DNA of 64,000 nt, from NCBI GenBank assembly GCA_963790475.1, contig CAWBOS010000010.1:1-64000 (forward strand), written 5' to 3'. Made by a program: the position numbers and the translations under genes. Positions 58,876 through 64,000 of this stretch are shown in pieces. This stretch comes from an uncultured delta proteobacterium (lineage in GTDB: Bacteria > Desulfobacterota > RBG-13-43-22). Within the stretch, counting starts at the first letter, position 1; each line of letters begins with the position of its first letter. The notes below the pieces were generated by a model. It saw only the letters and a list, made by a program, of their open reading frames with translations, ran no database searches and was not told the origin of the DNA.

Positions 58876-59853
58876 TCATTCAGCCAGGTGCTGGAGTTCC
58901 CGCTGCAGGTCGTCTATTGAGATCGTACCCGGGGCCAGTTTTTCCCGTGCGGCACGGTTGGCTGTTTTTTGCAGCAAGCGGTTTACGGGTGCGGGCACTC
59001 CGTAAAGACGCCCAAGCAAACAGATTTCCCCGTTCAGCCAGTCCGCTTCAATCGTGCCTGTCCCCCGTGTTTGGCTTTGCCACGAAGATCCCCCTTGCCG
59101 CCGGCCGTCACCTATGGGCCGGACCTGGATGAGATTCCCTCGACGGGCCCGAAATTCTTTATCCGTGGAGAAGGCGATACCGGCGGTTCGGTAGCAGGTT
59201 AGCGCTTCCTCCCGGGCAGCTCGGAGGAGATCCCTGCCGTCGGCCTCAGGTCCACAGATGGCCTGAAGGGCATTGCCGAGGTTCAATAAGAGCTTAGCGT
59301 ATTTCTGTCGCATTACCGCGGGATCGGGTTGGGCGCTGAAGTCGGCCTCCCGGAGGTCAGCGCAGACGGCCTCGATCGTGGAGTCGGTCCCCTGAGGATA
59401 TCTTCCGGCATCCAGAATCCCCGGGGTCGGCGCCGAGTTTTGCTGGACGACGCCCGGTTCCAGATGAGTGGCCGGCAGCATGACCACCATGGCATAAACC
59501 TTTTCGAACCGGCGCAGGGCCATGCGTTCGTTGGCTACCCCATTCTGGGTACAGATCACCGGAATGTTGTCGCCGGCCGCGGCCCGAAGGGCCGTAAGCG
59601 CGGCCACTGTGTCCTGAGACTTCATGCCCAGGATGACCAGGTCGTTCTCCCGGAAGGGGATGTCGGCTGGAGTTGACACCGCCGGAATTTTGAAGGTTTG
59701 AGTCCATTCGGGGGTTTCCAATGTGAGTCCGCGCCCTCCGATCACCTCCAGGTGCCGACCGCGGGCAATGAGCACCACCTCCTTGCCGGCCTGATGCAAC
59801 CGGGCCCCGATCACCCCGCCGATAGCCCCTGCACCAAAGATAATGTACCTCAT
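58876..59853 (-). CDS. ketopantoate reductase family protein
   Basis: GAGAIGG, IARG, MKSQ, QNG, KYAKLLLN, SSWQ and LNGEI. Confidence 0.85.
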   Translation of the reverse strand: MRYIIFGAGAIGGVIGARLHQAGKEVVLIARGRHLEVIGGRGLTLETPEWTQTFKIPAVSTPADIPFRENDLVILGMKSQDTVAALTALRAAAGDNIPVICTQNGVANERMALRRFEKVYAMVVMLPATHLEPGVVQQNSAPTPGILDAGRYPQGTDSTIEAVCADLREADFSAQPDPAVMRQKYAKLLLNLGNALQAICGPEADGRDLLRAAREEALTCYRTAGIAFSTDKEFRARRGNLIQVRPIGDGRRQGGSSWQSQTRGTGTIEADWLNGEICLLGRLYGVPAPVNRLLQKTANRAAREKLAPGTISIDDLQRELQHLAE

Positions 59854-59875
59854 AATAAGCCCCCCCATTCTGGAA

Positions 59876-61321
59876 TTATTTTCCGGCAGATTTACCGGAT
59901 TCTAACCATTGCTGATATCGGATGAATTTACTCAAGGCCATGGCCGCCCGCGGGATAGACAGGAAAACGGGAAATCCCGCTCCGGTCAGGGAAACCTGCA
60001 TCTCTTTGGCCAGTTTCCCGGCCCGGTCGGTGACGAAGGAATGTAATATAACGGCCATGGGTTTTTTTACCTTATGGATCAAATCGAGAATCATCACATG
60101 GAAAAGTCCGGTCATCATAGCCTTGTCGTCACCGGAGATCAAACCGAAATGGTCAAAAGCCACATGCAGGATCAACGAATCTACGTTGTTGTCGGCCTCA
60201 ATCATCTTGATGGTTTCAGCAAAGATTTCCGGACTTTCAAAATTATTCATGTCTATGGGATTTTTAAAAATCCGGCCGGCTTCAGAAGAATAAAGTTTTA
60301 TTAAATCCTGTCGCAATTCATTGGAGAATCTGGGCAATTCCAGGCCGGCCCGGGAGAATTCATCGGCGGCGATAACACTGGCACCTCCTCCAATCCCCAC
60401 AATCACCGCATTAATCCCTTTGGGGACCGGCATGTATCGAAAGGCTACGGAGACATCAATCATCTCTTCGATACTCTGGACTTGAATAACCCCGGCCTGC
60501 CTTAATAGTCCCTCCCAAACCGGGGTGGAACCGGCCAGGGCCGTGGTATGCGAAGCCGCTGTCTCAGCTCCGGATTCTGAGGTTCCGACCTTAAATACAA
60601 TAACCGGTTTTATTTTCGCGGCGGCTTTAATGGCCTTCAGAAAACGGAGGCCGTCTTTGATCCCCTCCAGGTAGGCGGTGATGATCTTGGTCTCCGGGTC
60701 ATGGGTTAAATACTCCAGAAAATCCGATTCATTGAGATCGGCACCGTTCCCCATGCTGATGACCTTGCTGAAATGGATACCTCGTGAATTTCCTTCGGCG
60801 ATGGCATGGGATGCGTTCCCCCCGCTTTGAGAAATCATCGCCACCGGGCCGCTCTCTCTGGACACTTCCGGATTGAAGGTCAAGCCGCCTTTAGGACAAT
60901 ACAGCCCCAGACAGTTCGGGCCGATAATCCGAACACCTCCCCCCCGGGCTCTGGCAAGAATTTCCCTTTGCAGCCTTTCCCCTTCCAAATTCTCAATTTC
61001 TCCGAAGCCGGAAGTGAAAAAATGGATGGCCTTTACTCTTTTGGCTACTGCGTCGGTGACCAATTGCGGCGTATTTTTGGACGGGATAGCTGAAATGAGG
61101 TAATCAACCGTGTCCGGTATTTCTTTAACATTTTTATGAACTTTCAGTCCCAGGACTTCCCCGCCGGCGGGGTTGAGGGGATAAAGCCGACCTTTATATC
61201 CAAACTTGATCAGTGCTTCCAAAAACATCAGGCCGGTATTAAATTTTATATTGACATCTTTCACTCCGGCAATAGCGATAGATCGGGGATGAAATAAATA
61301 ATCAAGATCCAAAACACCCAT
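59876..61321 (-). CDS. NDP-forming acyl-CoA synthetase alpha-type (CoA-binding) subunit
   Basis: PRSIA, IGPNCLG, SQSGG, GNGAD, ASHT and NPID. Confidence 0.88.
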   Translation of the reverse strand: MGVLDLDYLFHPRSIAIAGVKDVNIKFNTGLMFLEALIKFGYKGRLYPLNPAGGEVLGLKVHKNVKEIPDTVDYLISAIPSKNTPQLVTDAVAKRVKAIHFFTSGFGEIENLEGERLQREILARARGGGVRIIGPNCLGLYCPKGGLTFNPEVSRESGPVAMISQSGGNASHAIAEGNSRGIHFSKVISMGNGADLNESDFLEYLTHDPETKIITAYLEGIKDGLRFLKAIKAAAKIKPVIVFKVGTSESGAETAASHTTALAGSTPVWEGLLRQAGVIQVQSIEEMIDVSVAFRYMPVPKGINAVIVGIGGGASVIAADEFSRAGLELPRFSNELRQDLIKLYSSEAGRIFKNPIDMNNFESPEIFAETIKMIEADNNVDSLILHVAFDHFGLISGDDKAMMTGLFHVMILDLIHKVKKPMAVILHSFVTDRAGKLAKEMQVSLTGAGFPVFLSIPRAAMALSKFIRYQQWLESGKSAGK

Positions 61322-61706
61322 GTTTTACCTTTCCTTTTTATCTTTTGATACAAAATTAGGGTTCAAGCGGAAATAAGGCGATAGGGGATAGGACGTTTAA
61401 AGGCTTATCGATACCTCCTAGCCATAGGCCAAGTGCCTCTCGCCTATCCTTTATTTATGTCATATTTTTTCCTAAAAGAAAAGAAAATGAGAAGGCCTTT
61501 ATTTGCCTTGACTTTTCAAATTAAGATATGTTAGAAAAAGTGAGCGAGCGCTCGGAAATGTATCCTATGTTCTCTTTCTTTGAAAAGATGACGCTCGTCA
61601 ATTAGGAGGGGGAGTTTGAAATATTTCAGGACCTGTTTCGACATTTCAACCCTCAGGATAAAACCCGGAATCGACTTTTTATTAAAAGGAAAAGGAGGTA
61701 AGGGAT

Positions 61707-62471
61707 ATGGAGTTTAAAAACATACTTTTTACAAAACAGGGAAATATCGGCACACTCACTCTGAACCGTCCGCCAGCCAATGCGATAAATCTGGCAACCT
61801 TGCTTGACATTGAAAAGGCCCTTGACGAAGCGGAAGCCGACAAAGAGGTCAGGGTCATTGTTATTACAGGTGCCGGTGAAAAAGGATTCTCTGCCGGTTT
61901 CGATGTCTCCGATCCGGCCGGCGCCGGTCAGACCGGCCCCAAGGGGCAAGATGTTTGGACAAGGATCGATCGGTTTCCCAAGGTGGTGATTGCTGCCATT
62001 AACGGCTATGCCTTTGGCGGCGGTTGTGAACTGGCCATGGCCTCCACCTTCAGGGTCATGCAGGAAAACGCCAAAATAGGTCTTACCGAACTCAATCTGG
62101 GTATCATTCCCGGATGGGGGGGGACCCAGCGCATGCCCAGGATACTGGGAAAATCAAAGGCCCTGGATTTGATCCTTTTCAGCAAACGTTTATCTGCCCA
62201 GGAGGCCCTGGAAATCGGATTGGTGGATAAGGTCTCCAAGGTCGGTGAATTGATGAAAGATGTGATGGAGATGTCCGAAATTCTGGCTTCGCGGCCACCC
62301 TTGGCGGTTAAGGCCGTCCTTAATGCCGTCAATGTCGGGATCGAGAAGGGACTGGATGAGGGGATCAAAGTGGAACTGGAAGGTATCCGTTTGGTGTCCA
62401 GCTCGAAAGACGCCATGGAAGGTTTCGCCGCTTTCCTGGAAAAACGAAAACCAAATTTTAAAGGAGAATAA
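61707..62471 (+). CDS. enoyl-CoA hydratase/isomerase
   Basis: FSAGFD, AFGGGCELA and ELNLGIIPGWGGTQR. Confidence 0.93.
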   Translation: MEFKNILFTKQGNIGTLTLNRPPANAINLATLLDIEKALDEAEADKEVRVIVITGAGEKGFSAGFDVSDPAGAGQTGPKGQDVWTRIDRFPKVVIAAINGYAFGGGCELAMASTFRVMQENAKIGLTELNLGIIPGWGGTQRMPRILGKSKALDLILFSKRLSAQEALEIGLVDKVSKVGELMKDVMEMSEILASRPPLAVKAVLNAVNVGIEKGLDEGIKVELEGIRLVSSSKDAMEGFAAFLEKRKPNFKGE

Positions 62472-62492
62472 TGACCTCAGGAGGACGAAGAT

Positions 62493-63671
62493 ATGAAAGA
62501 ATGTGTATTTATCGATGGTATCCGGACAGCTAATGCCCGGGCTCACAATGAAAAGGGATGGTTTAGAAATGTCCGGCCGGACGAATTGCTGACCGTTCTT
62601 TACACCGCCCTTTTTGAGAGGAATCCCAAGGTAAAACCGGAGATGGTGGAGGGAGTGTTTATCGGTACTGCCAACCCTTCCGGAATGCAGAATGACATTG
62701 GAAGGGCGGCCTGGCTGGCTTCCGGTCTACCGGAAAGTGTGCCCTCTCAGACTATCTGCAATCAATGTCCTTCCGGGATGTCAGCCACCATGGATGCCGC
62801 CAGGGCTATCATGACCGGCGAAACGGACATTATGATCGCCGGTGGGGCTGAGGATATGGAGAAGGTGCCCATGATGGCCAATATGGATATATCGCCAAGG
62901 CTGTTTCAACGTTACAACCCCATGGAGATCCCCATGGGTGCTACAGCGGAAAAGGTGGCCGATCTATACAATGTATCCGTGGATGACATGATCAAATTTG
63001 CCATATTTTCCCATGAAGGGGCCAAAATGGCCAGGGATACGGGGAGATTTAAGAAAGAGATCATCCCGGTAAAGGGGGTGAAGGATGACGGGACCGAGTT
63101 CATGGTCGACCGGGATCAGTGGATCCGGGAATCTATGAACCCGGATGAAATGAAAGCCATGAAAACCCCCTTTAAAGAGAATGGGAAGATCACCGCCGCC
63201 TTATCGTCACCGTTGACCGCCGGCGCGGCCCTCCTGCTGATGATGAGTCGTGACAAGGCCGATGAACTGGGTCTTTCCTATAATTACAAATACAAATTCG
63301 GGGCCCAGGCCGGCAATGATCCCACCGTTATGGGTGTTGGACCTATTTTTTCCGTCAGAAAGCTTTTCGAAAAAACGGGATTAAAGCCTGAGGAAATCGG
63401 CGCGGTGGAGCTCAATGAGGCCTTTGCCAGCCAGGCCCTGGCCTGCATCAGGGAATTAAAGCTGGATGGTCAAAACGCCCCCTTCAAGAAAGTGAACACC
63501 TGGGGTGGTGCCATTGCTTTGGGACATCCCCTCGGTGAATCGGGGGCCCGTCTCCTGGTGACCCTTTTGAATCGGATGAAGACCGATTATCCCAATGAGA
63601 AATACGGACTGGCATCCCTGTGCGGCGGTTTTGGAAATTCCAACGCGGTAGTTATTGAAAAAATAAAATAG
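62493..63671 (+). CDS. thiolase (acetyl-CoA acyltransferase)
   Basis: NQCPSG, NEAFA, GGAIALGHP and LCGGFG. Confidence 0.93.
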   Translation: MKECVFIDGIRTANARAHNEKGWFRNVRPDELLTVLYTALFERNPKVKPEMVEGVFIGTANPSGMQNDIGRAAWLASGLPESVPSQTICNQCPSGMSATMDAARAIMTGETDIMIAGGAEDMEKVPMMANMDISPRLFQRYNPMEIPMGATAEKVADLYNVSVDDMIKFAIFSHEGAKMARDTGRFKKEIIPVKGVKDDGTEFMVDRDQWIRESMNPDEMKAMKTPFKENGKITAALSSPLTAGAALLLMMSRDKADELGLSYNYKYKFGAQAGNDPTVMGVGPIFSVRKLFEKTGLKPEEIGAVELNEAFASQALACIRELKLDGQNAPFKKVNTWGGAIALGHPLGESGARLLVTLLNRMKTDYPNEKYGLASLCGGFGNSNAVVIEKIK

Positions 63672-63833
63672 TCGCCGATTATTAAGTTTTCACCATTAAG
63701 ATTCTATGGAAGGTTCCTACCCCTTGACGCAGAAACCTTCAATAGACCTCCATTTTTCATCAAAGTTAATTCAACCTCAAGAAACCTCTCGACCTCTTAG
63801 AACTCACAGATATTTTTCAAATGGACCGGCCCA

Positions 63834-64000
63834 ATGACCACTGCAGTTAAAAATGAATCCATGTCCCGAAAGATAATGACCAGACAGCAAAGGACGGTCA
63901 CTTTGATCGGGGCTCTGTTGTCCATGTTCATGAGTTCCCTTAATCAGACGGTAATCGGCACGGCCATGCCCCGTATCATTATCGAGCTGGGAGGATTCGC
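63834..64000 (+). CDS. MFS DHA2 (EmrB/QacA-like) transporter, 5' end only
   Basis: manual translation MTT..LIGALLSMFMSSLNQTVIGTAMPRIIIELGGF, runs off the window. Confidence 0.75.
   Translation, partial: MTTAVKNESMSRKIMTRQQRTVTLIGALLSMFMSSLNQTVIGTAMPRIIIELGGF

Overview
Chromosomal segment from an anaerobic bacterium; gene content and intergenic repeats suggest Desulfobacterota/Deltaproteobacteria (inference). In order it carries: an IMP cyclohydrolase half of PurH, a B12-binding radical SAM gene with a hidden decayed paralog, a hybrid histidine kinase, peptidoglycan enzymes, a perosamine-like/polyprenyl-sugar cluster, tatC, cooC, mltD, etfBA and a liv-type ABC transporter. A 15 kb redox cluster follows: HdrL-like HdrA, a selenocysteine MvhD, MetV/MetF, HdrA, HdrA-MvhD, HdrC, an inserted REP-flanked RAYT transposase, HdrB, an LbpA/GcvH-like lipoyl carrier and a GlcD-CCG fusion. 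At 48-55 kb an accessory island has a Phd/RelE toxin-antitoxin pair and attC-like sites, with no integrase in the window. These sites delimit cassettes encoding an HNH-like protein, a DUF262-DUF1524 nuclease and a complete Gabija pair. The window ends with hydrolases, an anaerobic sulfatase maturase, acyl-CoA genes and an MFS start. About 14 +1 frameshifts at 36.9-42.4 kb look like sequencing errors. All calls come from motifs read by eye; no searches were run.
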